Assembly: GCA_024278175.1 (NCBI GenBank)
Contig: JAJRTS010000058.1
Location: 8,693 to 72,692 of the forward strand
Source: Gemmatimonadales bacterium
GTDB lineage: Bacteria > Gemmatimonadota > Glassbacteria > GWA2-58-10
Length of the DNA: 64,000 bases
Direction of reading: 5' to 3'
Shown here: positions 10,263 through 18,772 of the stretch, piece after piece
Position numbering within the stretch: position 1 is the stretch's first letter
Layout of the letters: each line of letters starts with the position of its first letter
The notes under the pieces: model-generated
The model's input: the letters and a program-made list of their open reading frames with translations, nothing else
The model's database searches: none
What the model was told of the DNA's origin: nothing
Position numbers and translations under genes: made by a program

Positions 10263-11429
10263 ATGTATAAGAAGTCGGAGAAAGAGCTGATTAACAGGAG
10301 AATATTTATCGGAAAATCCTTGCTTGGTGTCGCGGCGATTACCGCCGCCGGTTGCTCAGGCGATGGAGGAAAGCAGGAAAAATCCACCGCCGCGCCGCAG
10401 GCCAAACAGGCCGGGATGACTGTCGAAGAGCTGAAAAAGATGGTCAAGATCGATTCCCATACCCATCTCAATGGCCTGAAACCCGAGGAGGAAGCTCCCC
10501 TGTTCGCCACGCTCAAAGAGCACAACATGCGCTGGTTCGATATCTGTACCGGGGGAATGAAACTGGATTATGATAAGATAAAACTTGCCGCCAGCATGCA
10601 CCGCAAGTACGGCCCCTGGGTAAACTGGGCCACCTGTTTCAGCCTGGAAAACTGGGGAGCGGCCGAGTGGCGGCAGGACGCGATCAAGACGATGTGGGAG
10701 GGCTTCGAGGCCGGCGCCGTGGCGGTCAAGGTCTGGAAAGAGATCGGGATGGTGCTCAAGGACCCCGACGGCACGTATGTGATGATCGACGACGAGCGGT
10801 TCGACCCGATATTCGATTACATCGAGAGCAACGGCAAAACCTTGGTGGCGCATATCGGCGAGCCGCGCAACTGCTGGCTTCCGCTGGAGGAGATGACGGT
10901 CAACAACGACCGTTTATATTTTAAGGAGCATCCCCAGTATCACAGCTACCTTCACCCGGAAATCCCCCACTATATCAAGCATATCGAGGCCCGGGACCGC
11001 GTGCTGGACAAACATCCCGGCCTGCGGCTGGTGGGATGCCATCTGGGAAGTCTCGAGTACGATGTCGATGAGCTGGCGAAGCGCTTTGACAAATACCCCA
11101 ATTTCGCTGTCGACCTGGCCGCCAGGATTTGCCACTTCCAGGTACAGGACAGGGACAAGGTGCGGGATTTCTGCATCAGGTACAGTGACCGCATCCTTTA
11201 CGGCACCGACCTGGGCGCGGGCTACAAGTACATGAAAACCGGCATCGACGAGACTATCGAGAAGATCAACACGACCTATGAGAAAGACTACCGCTATTTC
11301 GCCACGGACGAGGAAATGGAAGTCTGGGAGGTCGATGGTTCGTTCAGGGGGCTGGCCCTGCCTAAGAGTGTGCTGAAGAATATGTTCCATGACAACATGC
11401 TCAAGTGGTATCCGGGCATCACGGTCTGA
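10263..11429 (+). CDS. amidohydrolase-family metal-dependent hydrolase, lipoprotein/Tat-like signal
   Basis: RRIFIGKSLLGVAAITAAGC signal; amidohydrolase-2-like TIM-barrel features (DSHTHL...); RBS AAGGGA. Confidence 0.7.
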   Translation: MYKKSEKELINRRIFIGKSLLGVAAITAAGCSGDGGKQEKSTAAPQAKQAGMTVEELKKMVKIDSHTHLNGLKPEEEAPLFATLKEHNMRWFDICTGGMKLDYDKIKLAASMHRKYGPWVNWATCFSLENWGAAEWRQDAIKTMWEGFEAGAVAVKVWKEIGMVLKDPDGTYVMIDDERFDPIFDYIESNGKTLVAHIGEPRNCWLPLEEMTVNNDRLYFKEHPQYHSYLHPEIPHYIKHIEARDRVLDKHPGLRLVGCHLGSLEYDVDELAKRFDKYPNFAVDLAARICHFQVQDRDKVRDFCIRYSDRILYGTDLGAGYKYMKTGIDETIEKINTTYEKDYRYFATDEEMEVWEVDGSFRGLALPKSVLKNMFHDNMLKWYPGITV

Positions 11430-11436
11430 GGATTGA

Positions 11437-11468
11437 TAAAACAGGGGGAGACAATATCCCCCCTTGTG
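11437..11468. terminator. bidirectional terminator after amidohydrolase
   Basis: CAGGGGGAGACAATATCCCCCCTTG hairpin; T-run on minus strand (CTGTTTTATC). Confidence 0.5.
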
Positions 11469-11699
11469 TAATATAGTGTTTCTCTCAAGTTTTGTCTTTT
11501 TGCAAAGGAAAGAAAGTCCTGAGAATGGTACGGAAAAACTTCCGTTGTTCGTAGAATATTGTAAGGGCGAACCTCGTGTTCGCCCGTCAACCTGTGCACC
11601 TGCTGTATTCTTTGCGGGCGAGGTATGCCTCTCCCCTGCGAGGGAAGGAACGGCCCTTCGAAGGATAATCAAGCGGACAATTGTTTCGAGAACTACTCT

Positions 11700-11735
11700 A
11701 TCAAAAAGAGGCAGGCCATCCGGCCTGCCTCTTGT
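11700..11735 (-). terminator. rho-independent terminator of the ychF/rubredoxin-like transcription unit
   Basis: AAGAGGCAGGCC-ggat-GGCCTGCCTCTT followed by TTTTTGAT on minus strand. Confidence 0.5.
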
Positions 11736-11757
11736 CATTCACACTGTTTCGCTGTGC

Positions 11758-11865
11758 TCAAAGCTCAACGAACTTGTCCTTCGGAGCGCCGCAGTCAGGA
11801 CAAATTTCCGGCGGCGTCTCGCCATCGTGACGGTAACCGCAGATGATGCAGACCCATGTTTTCAT
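11758..11865 (-). CDS. 35-aa rubredoxin-like zinc-ribbon protein (rubrerythrin C-terminal-domain type)
   Basis: [35 protein letters not shown]: CxxCG-x14-CPxCG; GGGAG RBS 8 nt upstream of ATG 11865. Confidence 0.5.
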   Translation of the reverse strand: MKTWVCIICGYRHDGETPPEICPDCGAPKDKFVEL

Positions 11866-11902
11866 TGCCAGGCTCCCGTGATGGGGTGGGGAGTGCTCCG
11901 GC

Positions 11903-12958
11903 TCAGACGTTGAACCGGAAGTTGATGATATCTCCGTCCTGCACAACGTAATTCTTACCTTCAAGTCGCAATTTTCCGCGTTCCTTGAGCTTGACCATGT
12001 CCTTGTCCACGATGTAATCGTCGTAGGCGGCCACCTCGGCGCGGATAAACCCGCGCTGGATGTCCGAGTGGATTTTACCCGCGGCCTCCACGGCCGGGGT
12101 GCCGTCGCTGATCGTCCAGGCCTTCACCTCGTCCTCGCCGACCGTGAAAAAGCTGATCAGCCGCATCAGGCCGTAAGCGGCGCGGATAAACTTGGGACGG
12201 GCCGGCTCGGCAATCTCCATCGCCTCCAGGAACTCCTGCTGCTCCCCGGGCTCCAGCTCGGCGATCTGCTGCTCCACGCTGGCGCAGAACGTAATCGCCC
12301 CGCCGTGCTTGTCACTCACCCCGCCGTCGTCGTCCAGCGCGTCCTCACCCGTGTTGACCAGCAGCAACCGGGGTTTGAGCGAAAGGAACGTGAACCCGGC
12401 CAGCGCCTTGGTATCCTCCCCGCTCAGGCCCACCTCGCGCAGCGGCCTGCCGTCCTCCAGGGCGCTGCGGCATTTGTCGAGCAGCTCGTATTCCCTGGAC
12501 GCTTTCTTGCCTTCCTTGCCCAGGCGCTGCTGACGGGACTCGACCACGATCAGGTCGGCCAGTTGCAACTCCTCCTCTATCCCGGTCACGTCGGCCGCCG
12601 GGTCGATCCGGCCCAGGGGGTGAAGCACGGCTTCGTCCCCGAAAGCGCGCACCACGAAAGCCAGCGCGTCGAGCTGGCGCATCAGGCTCAGCGATTGCGC
12701 GTCGAACCCGCCTCCGCCAGCGCCGGACTCCGCACTGATCCCGGCGAAATCGGCGAAATTAATCTCGGCGAACGTGGTCTTTTTCGGTTTGAATATCTCC
12801 GCCAGCGCCTCGATCCGCTCATCGGGCACCCTGATCAGGCCCACGTTGGCCTGCTTGCCCGCCGAGTGGAAACTGTCCGTGCGGGCGTGAAGGCCGGTGA
12901 GGGTGTTGAACACGGCTGTTTTGCCGGACAATGGATATCCGATAAGTCCTATTTTCAT
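11903..12958 (-). CDS. ychF: YchF/Ola1-like GTPase with C-terminal TGS domain (divergent P-loop region)
   Basis: Global colinearity with YchF (…[12 protein letters not shown]-terminus, TGS); G1 reads GYPLSGKT instead of GLPNVGKS. Confidence 0.7.
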   Translation of the reverse strand: MKIGLIGYPLSGKTAVFNTLTGLHARTDSFHSAGKQANVGLIRVPDERIEALAEIFKPKKTTFAEINFADFAGISAESGAGGGGFDAQSLSLMRQLDALAFVVRAFGDEAVLHPLGRIDPAADVTGIEEELQLADLIVVESRQQRLGKEGKKASREYELLDKCRSALEDGRPLREVGLSGEDTKALAGFTFLSLKPRLLLVNTGEDALDDDGGVSDKHGGAITFCASVEQQIAELEPGEQQEFLEAMEIAEPARPKFIRAAYGLMRLISFFTVGEDEVKAWTISDGTPAVEAAGKIHSDIQRGFIRAEVAAYDDYIVDKDMVKLKERGKLRLEGKNYVVQDGDIINFRFNV

Positions 12959-13150
12959 GTCTTTTGTCTGGTTTGACTGGTTGGCTGGCCGGCGAGCCGG
13001 GCATAAAAAACCGGGCCGGCGAGCGCAGGTTAACCCTGCCGGTCGGTACGCGGCCCGGTGCGATAAGCGTAATTTTACCGAAGAGACAACGAAAAAAACA
13101 CTGGCCCGGCCCGTATTGCACCACTGGCCCGGCCGGGACTGAAAAATCGC

Positions 13151-13429
13151 TCAGTCCTGGGTGTTCTCCTTCGGGGTTTCCTGGGAGGATGAGTCCTGCG
13201 AATACGAGGCATCCTGCCGGGGCTGGCTCTGGGCCTTGGGCCGCGGGTGCTCTTCCTCAAAATCGTTGTTGCTCGGCAACTCGTCCTGAATGTCCTTGAT
13301 ACTTCTCTTGAACATCTTGATGCTCTTGCCCAGCGAGGAGCCGATTTCCGGCAGACGCTTGGCGCCGAACAGCAGCAGGACCAGGAAGCCGATCAGAATC
13401 ATTTCACCGTAACCGAGATTGCCGAACAT
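13151..13429 (-). CDS. tatA: twin-arginine translocase subunit TatA/E
   Basis: MFGNLGYGEMILIGFLVLLLFGAKRLPEIGSSLGKSIKMFK canonical TatA N-terminus. Confidence 0.85.
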   Translation of the reverse strand: MFGNLGYGEMILIGFLVLLLFGAKRLPEIGSSLGKSIKMFKRSIKDIQDELPSNNDFEEEHPRPKAQSQPRQDASYSQDSSSQETPKENTQD

Positions 13430-13616
13430 TTTGCATCACCTCCATCACCCCGGCAGCCCATGCGGGACCGGTGCGCTGTATCTGGTAGTTGATTTGTGTG
13501 CTGATCAGACAGGGATCGCCTACGCTGCCGGCAAACTTTACCGGCATGTTCCGCCCCAAGTCCACTTGTAAGTTAAGTTATCACTAATGGATTGGAATGT
13601 AAAGGGATTTGTGGTT

Positions 13617-14870
13617 TCAACCCGCCGCTGAGCGATGCAGGGCGCGCCACAGTAACTCGGTGGCCTTGATGGCGCTGCGATGGCGTACCTGGGAGCGGTT
13701 GCCGTTGAAGCTGTAACGCTCGCAACTAATTCCCTCCGGGCCGGCGAGCACGATATAGACCGTGCCGACCGGCTTTTCCTCGCTGCCGCCGCCGGGTCCG
13801 GCGATTCCGGTGATCGCCAGCGACCACTGGGCGATGAATTTTTCTTTCGCCCCGGCCGCCATCGCGGACGCCACCTGTTCGCTGACAGCGCCGTGGTTTT
13901 CGAGCAGAGAGCCGGGTACGCCCAGAATGTCGCGCTTGGAGGCGTTGGAATAGGTGACGGCTCCGCCGGAAAACCAGTTACTCGCTCCGGGGACGCTCGT
14001 GATCATTTCCGCCAGCAGGCCGCCCGTGCAGCTTTCGGCCACCGCCAGCCGCTGACCGTGGCTGAACAGGTATTGAGCGATTACCTCCCAGATGTCCTTT
14101 TCCTCCACGGCGTAAACGTGCTTGTCCAGCACCCGCCGCACGTGGGCGGCCACTTTTTTTACCGCGTCCCCGCTGGCCGGAGCCATCTCGCCCGAGGAGG
14201 CCACCACCACGTCCACGAACCCGCCGTGGGGGTAGTAGTTCAGCAGTTCGCGCTCGCGCTCGTCCAGCTCATCCTCGATCCGCTGGGCGATTATGCTCTC
14301 GCCGATACCCACCGTGCGCACGAGCGCCGAATGGGGAGCGCCGGTAGTAGTGTAGCGCTCGATCAGCCGCGGCAGTACCTGCTCGTCGATCAGGTGCTGC
14401 ATCTCGCGGGGTACGCCGGGCAGCAGGATCAGCGTCCGGCCGCCATCGGCCAGCCACAGCCCCGGCGCGGTGCCCTGGCTGTTGGGCAGCACCTCGGCCC
14501 CCTCGGGCGCCTCGGCCTGTCCGCGGCTGCGCTCGGGCACGCCGTCGTAACCCATCCGCCGGAAAAGGCGCTCAAGATGGTCGTGGTAATCCTTGTCGCA
14601 CACCAGCTTCCGTCCGAAAAAGACGCAGGAGGCCGCCTTGGTGACGTCATCACGCGTAGGGCCCAGCCCGCCGGTGGCGATCACGAAATCCGCCGCACCG
14701 TAACACTCGCCCAGGGCACGGGTAATCAAATCCTCCCCGTCGGCGACAGCGCGCTCCTGCACCACGTTGAACCCGGCCGCGTAGAGCTTGCCGGCAATAT
14801 AAGCCGCGTTGGTGTTGACCGTGCGGCCCTTGAGAATTTCCGAGCCGATAGTAAGGATTACAACATCCAT
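13617..14870 (-). CDS. cinA: CinA-family competence/damage-inducible protein (NMN amidohydrolase PncC-like)
   Basis: MoCF-biosynthesis-like N-domain (ILTIGSEIL) plus CinA C-domain (AVAESCTGGLLA). Confidence 0.85.
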   Translation of the reverse strand: MDVVILTIGSEILKGRTVNTNAAYIAGKLYAAGFNVVQERAVADGEDLITRALGECYGAADFVIATGGLGPTRDDVTKAASCVFFGRKLVCDKDYHDHLERLFRRMGYDGVPERSRGQAEAPEGAEVLPNSQGTAPGLWLADGGRTLILLPGVPREMQHLIDEQVLPRLIERYTTTGAPHSALVRTVGIGESIIAQRIEDELDERERELLNYYPHGGFVDVVVASSGEMAPASGDAVKKVAAHVRRVLDKHVYAVEEKDIWEVIAQYLFSHGQRLAVAESCTGGLLAEMITSVPGASNWFSGGAVTYSNASKRDILGVPGSLLENHGAVSEQVASAMAAGAKEKFIAQWSLAITGIAGPGGGSEEKPVGTVYIVLAGPEGISCERYSFNGNRSQVRHRSAIKATELLWRALHRSAAG

Positions 14871-15307
14871 CGTACAACTCCCCAGAGGATTACCGCTCCC
14901 AGCGCTCCGGCCACCAGATCGTCGGCCATCACGCCCCAGCCGCCGGGCAGGTTCTCGGCGTTACGCACGGGCGGCGGTTTGACTATGTCCAGGGCGCGGA
15001 AGAGGAAAAAGCCGATCAGCACCGTTACCGTGCTGAGCGGCACAAGGCAAAGCGTGAGCCACTGGCCGGCCACTTCGTCAATCACCATCCTGCCGTTGTC
15101 GTGGCCCCAGTAACGCTCGGCCCGGTTGCAGACAAACACGCCGGCCACCGCGGCCAGCAGGGTCAGGACCAGGCCCAGCGAGAGATCCCAGTGGGAGCGG
15201 AGCAGCCACGCCACGGCCGCGGCCAGCGCACTGCCGGCGGTACCGGGAGCTACAGGGCTGAAGCCTGTTCCAAGGCCCGAGGCGATCAGTTTGACGAGAA
15301 ATTTCAT
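14858..15307 (-). CDS. pgpA: phosphatidylglycerophosphatase A
   Basis: PgpA-like 149 aa membrane protein (GLGTGFSPVAPGTAGS). Confidence 0.8.
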   Translation of the reverse strand: MKFLVKLIASGLGTGFSPVAPGTAGSALAAAVAWLLRSHWDLSLGLVLTLLAAVAGVFVCNRAERYWGHDNGRMVIDEVAGQWLTLCLVPLSTVTVLIGFFLFRALDIVKPPPVRNAENLPGGWGVMADDLVAGALGAVILWGVVRWML

Positions 15308-15984
15308 CAGCGGGATTGTTTTACCAGCAGGGGTACGTTACGGGCGATATATTCGACAGCCGAGGCCACCGAGAGGCCAACCACCACCACTATCAGCACC
15401 CAGTTCAGTTTGTAGTGGAACGAGTCGAACCACGCGAACGCCCAGGCGGGATGCTCGGCGATCATTTTGCTGTTGGCCATGTGGGATATCAGCGAGCCGA
15501 TAAAGAACATCTGCAATACGGTTTTGAACTTGGCCAGGCGGCTGGCGCTGAACACTTTGCCGGTCCACATCGAGTAGTAGCGCAGCAGGGTGATCAGCAA
15601 CTCGCGGCCCAGCAGGATAACCAGCACTTCGATCGTTACCATCTTGAACATCGGCACCGTGGCGCTCAGCATGTAGAACGGGATCAGCGTGGCGGCCAGG
15701 ATCAGCTTGTCGGCCACCGGATCGACAAACTTGCCGAACGTGGTGATAGTGCTGTGGCTACGGGCAAGCTGGCCGTCGTAGACATCTGTCATCCCGGCGA
15801 TAACGAACAGGTAGTAAAGCAGTACATACTCCCCGTAGGAGTCCGCTCTCAGGATCATCCAGAACAACACCGGCGCCAACAGGATCCGCAGTATCGTGAG
15901 CGCGTTGGGAAGGTGGCGCATCAACGGGCCGCAGGGGGGGCGGGCCTTATCCGTGGAGTCTCTGTCCGTATCCTGTTTATTCAC
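15307..15984 (-). CDS. pgsA: CDP-diacylglycerol--glycerol-3-phosphate 3-phosphatidyltransferase
   Basis: CDP-alcohol phosphatidyltransferase motif DVYDGQLAR...G...DPVADK; real start possibly ATG at 15921. Confidence 0.8.
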   Translation of the reverse strand: MNKQDTDRDSTDKARPPCGPLMRHLPNALTILRILLAPVLFWMILRADSYGEYVLLYYLFVIAGMTDVYDGQLARSHSTITTFGKFVDPVADKLILAATLIPFYMLSATVPMFKMVTIEVLVILLGRELLITLLRYYSMWTGKVFSASRLAKFKTVLQMFFIGSLISHMANSKMIAEHPAWAFAWFDSFHYKLNWVLIVVVVGLSVASAVEYIARNVPLLVKQSR

Positions 15985-16577
15985 AGGTTGTGCCTTCCAT
16001 GCAGTGCCTGGCTGATAGTCAGCGCGTCCATGTACTCCAGGTGACCGCCGGCGGGCAGACCGCAGGCGATCCGGCTGACCCTGACCTGGCTGCCGTTAAG
16101 CATTTGCTGGATATACAGCGCGGTGGCGTCTCCCTCCACGCTGGGGTTGGTGGCGACAATCAGCTCGTTGATCCTGGGCCGGCTGGTTTCTATTCTCTGT
16201 TGCAGCTTGCCGAACGAGAGCTCGTCCGGGCCCATGCCCTCGAGCGGGCTGAGCCGGCCGCCCAGCACATGGTAGAGTCCGCGATAGCTGCCGCTGGTTT
16301 CGATCGCGCGGATATCCGATGGTTCCTCCACCACGCAGACCACCGTTCGCTCACGGCGCTCATCGCGGCAGATATCGCAGGGGTCTTCCTCGGTGATATT
16401 GCCGCAGCGGGGGCAGAAAAACACGTTGTCGCGGAGCTGCCCGATTGACTCGGCCAACTGGCGGGCCTGCTCATCGGGGCACTTGAGCAGGTGATAGGCC
16501 AGTCTGCCCGCGGTTTTCTCACCGATTCCGGGCAGCCGGCCGAGAGATTTGATAAGCTTTTCGAGACTCCTGCTCAT
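15981..16577 (-). CDS. recR: recombination protein RecR
   Basis: HhH (LPGIGEKTA), C4 zinc finger (CPRCGN...CDIC), Toprim; start at MSRSLEKLI. Confidence 0.9.
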   Translation of the reverse strand: MSRSLEKLIKSLGRLPGIGEKTAGRLAYHLLKCPDEQARQLAESIGQLRDNVFFCPRCGNITEEDPCDICRDERRERTVVCVVEEPSDIRAIETSGSYRGLYHVLGGRLSPLEGMGPDELSFGKLQQRIETSRPRINELIVATNPSVEGDATALYIQQMLNGSQVRVSRIACGLPAGGHLEYMDALTISQALHGRHNL

Positions 16578-16587
16578 AGCGGGCCTG

Positions 16588-16917
16588 TCAACCGCCGAAC
16601 AAATTATTGAAAATACCCGGCAGCTTGACACCGCCGGTGAGCTTGCTCATTTCCTGGCCCACCAGCTCCCGGCTGTTCTCCATCGCCTTGTTCACAGCCG
16701 CGCAGACCAGCTCTTCGAGCATTTCCACGTCCTTGGGGTCCACCACTTCCGGGTCGATCCTCAGCTCCAGCAACTCCTGCCGCCCGTTGACCACCGCGCG
16801 TACCATCCCGCCGCCGGCCGTGGCTTCCACCTGCCTGTTTTCCAGCTCCGACTGCATCTGCTGAAACTGGCCCTGCATCTTCTGGGCCTGTTGTAAAATC
16901 TGGTTCAGATTGTTCAT
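16588..16917 (-). CDS. ybaB: YbaB/EbfC nucleoid-associated protein
   Basis: 109 aa, canonical YbaB sequence; conserved dnaX-ybaB-recR order. Confidence 0.9.
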   Translation of the reverse strand: MNNLNQILQQAQKMQGQFQQMQSELENRQVEATAGGGMVRAVVNGRQELLELRIDPEVVDPKDVEMLEELVCAAVNKAMENSRELVGQEMSKLTGGVKLPGIFNNLFGG

Positions 16918-16983
16918 TGTCGTTTCCTCCCTCCCTCATCGAGGGTGAAATGCCGCCCATCCCTACGGGCTGGCTTACGGAGC

Positions 16984-17553
16984 CTATTGTCCCAGCAGCT
17001 CCGGGTCGAAAAGTTCCTTGATTTTGCCCATCAAGGGGTCTGTTTTGCATAACTGATCGAAACTTCCGGCCGGCAGGTTTTCAGCTTCATCGTTTCCGCT
17101 CCCGGTTTGTTCAACCGGCGGTTTGAAAGTCTCGATCTCGATCTCCACCGCGTCCAGAGAGAATACCTCGCCCACGCACCGGCCGATTTGTCGGCGGGTT
17201 TGCAGGTCCTGCAAGCGGGTGGCGCTGTAGCCCTCGGCCGGTACTCGCAACTTCAACGTCCGCCCATCGTATTGCGCCGGCTCCGCCACGGCGATCTGGG
17301 TTGCCAGCCCCGGCTTGGCCTGCCTGACCGCCGCTGTCACCGCGCTCCAGTTGGAGCGGATCGCCTCGACGTTCAGCGGCCCGTCCAGCTTGAGCGGTGA
17401 TGGCCGGGGCCGCTCAAGCTCTTCCGGCTCAGGTTCCGGCGGCGATGGCGCGCTGTGCCGCGGGGGTGGCTGGGCGGTCAGCCTGGGACCGCCCTCGGGC
17501 GGCCCGCCGGTGGAGCGGGGAGGCTCAGTTACGGCCGCGCTGTTTTTTTTTTA
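16984..17553 (-). CDS. dnaX: DnaX tau-specific C-terminal region (Pro-rich linker plus tau C-terminal domain) in +1/-2 frame relative to upstream dnaX
   Basis: Frame open from stop TAA (17551-53) through the A10 run to TAG at 16984; translation KKNSAAVTEPP...Pro-rich...NWSAMTAAVRQAKPGLATQIAVAEPAQYDGRTLKLRVPAEGYSATRL matches tau C-terminal domain. Confidence 0.55.
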
Positions 17554-18721
17554 GCTGATTCTCCACCGGTTTGCCGGGCGCTGCGGGCGCCGCGTCGCCC
17601 AGGCGGGCCAGAAGGTCAGATATGTTAACGCTTTTCTCCAGCATTGTCAAACGGACCAGCAGCAGTTCCAGCGAGATTTTCTGCTGGCCGCTGAACTTGA
17701 AAATTTCCTCGAACTGGAGGATCAGTTGCAGGGAACGCACCAGGTCGTCCAACTCGAATTTTTCCGCGCACCGGCGGTAGTCATCCTGCCGCGAGCCGGG
17801 GATATCCAGCGCGGCCGGGTCCTTGACTCCCAGCCGGAAGACAATCAGGTTGCGGTAGTGACGGGCCAGCTCGGAGTAAAACTCCTCCAGGTCCACGCCG
17901 CCCGCGACCAGCTTGTCCGCGAACTCCATCGCCCCCAGCGTATCGCCGGCGGTTATCAGGTCGCTGAGCTCAAGCAGCAGGCCGGTGTCGAGCATGCCCA
18001 GCACCTGGGCGGCCCTTTCAACCGTGTAGTCGCCGTCGCAGAAAGCGATCACCTGGTCGGCCAGACTGAGCGCGTCGCGCATGGCGCCCTCGGCCTTACG
18101 GGCCACCATCTCCAGCACCTCGCGACCGATCTCAATATCCTCAGCCTTGCAGACCCGCTCCAGTTGCCCGGTAATGTCCGCGGTGGGCACGGCCTTGAAA
18201 TCGAAGCGCTGGCAGCGGCTGAGGATCGTGGGCGGCACCTTGTGGGGCGCGGTGGTGGCGAACATGAAGATCACGTGCGAGGGCGGCTCCTCCAGGGTTT
18301 TGAGCAGGGCGTTGAACGCCTCGGCGGTGAGCATGTGGACTTCGTCGATGATGTATACCTTGTAGCGGCAGGTGCCGGGGGCGTAGCCCACGCGCTCACG
18401 GAGGTCGCGGATCTCGTCGATCCCGCGGTTACTGGCCCCGTCGATCTCCAGCACGTCCAGCGAGTTGCCGGCCAGGATCGCGCGGCAGTTGTCGCACTGG
18501 TTGCAGGGATCGGCGCCGCCGCCGCCCGTGCAGTTAACGGCGCGGGCCAGCAGCCGGGCGGTGGTGGTTTTGCCCACGCCGCGCGGGCCGCTGAACAGGT
18601 AGCTGTGGCTGATCCTGTCGGCTGTAAGGGCGTTGACCAGGGTGCGTGTCACATGGTCCTGGGCCACTACCTCGCCGAACACAGTCGGCCTGTATTTTCT
18701 TGCAAGTACAATGTAGCTCAT
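17525..18721 (-). CDS. dnaX: DNA polymerase III subunit gamma-like product of dnaX (zero frame, 398 aa)
   Basis: MSYIVLARKYRPTVFGEVVAQ..., Walker A GPRGVGKTT, zinc module CNQCDNC; ends QLKKKQRGRN* four codons after an A10 run. Confidence 0.9.
   Translation of the reverse strand: MSYIVLARKYRPTVFGEVVAQDHVTRTLVNALTADRISHSYLFSGPRGVGKTTTARLLARAVNCTGGGGADPCNQCDNCRAILAGNSLDVLEIDGASNRGIDEIRDLRERVGYAPGTCRYKVYIIDEVHMLTAEAFNALLKTLEEPPSHVIFMFATTAPHKVPPTILSRCQRFDFKAVPTADITGQLERVCKAEDIEIGREVLEMVARKAEGAMRDALSLADQVIAFCDGDYTVERAAQVLGMLDTGLLLELSDLITAGDTLGAMEFADKLVAGGVDLEEFYSELARHYRNLIVFRLGVKDPAALDIPGSRQDDYRRCAEKFELDDLVRSLQLILQFEEIFKFSGQQKISLELLLVRLTMLEKSVNISDLLARLGDAAPAAPGKPVENQLKKKQRGRN
17543..17552 (-). other. 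A10 homopolymer (T10 on plus strand) at the dnaX gamma/tau junction; candidate slippage/frameshift site
   Basis: CUA AAA AAA AAA CAG in mRNA sense; one fewer A (or two more) fuses dnaX to the tau C-terminal frame. Confidence 0.6.
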
Positions 18722-18772
18722 AAGATAGCGTTTCTGATCCGATAGTGAAGAACGAGAATCAACAGTTGGCTA

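Noticed and set aside
11500-11560. RNase P RNA (GGAAAG…AAAGUCC-like motif)
   Set aside because: Only a short resemblance to the P4 region; the region is too short (~230 nt) and lacks other universally conserved RNase P blocks.
11464-11913. 149-aa plus-strand ORF
   Set aside because: TTG-initiated and mostly antisense to the rubredoxin-like/ychF genes and crossing two terminators; not coding.
13680-15113. 477-aa plus-strand ORF
   Set aside because: Antisense to cinA/pgpA in a high-GC region; Arg/Ala/Gly-rich composition typical of spurious GC-rich ORFs; no motifs.
15316-16044. 242-aa plus-strand ORF
   Set aside because: Antisense to pgsA; no recognisable features.
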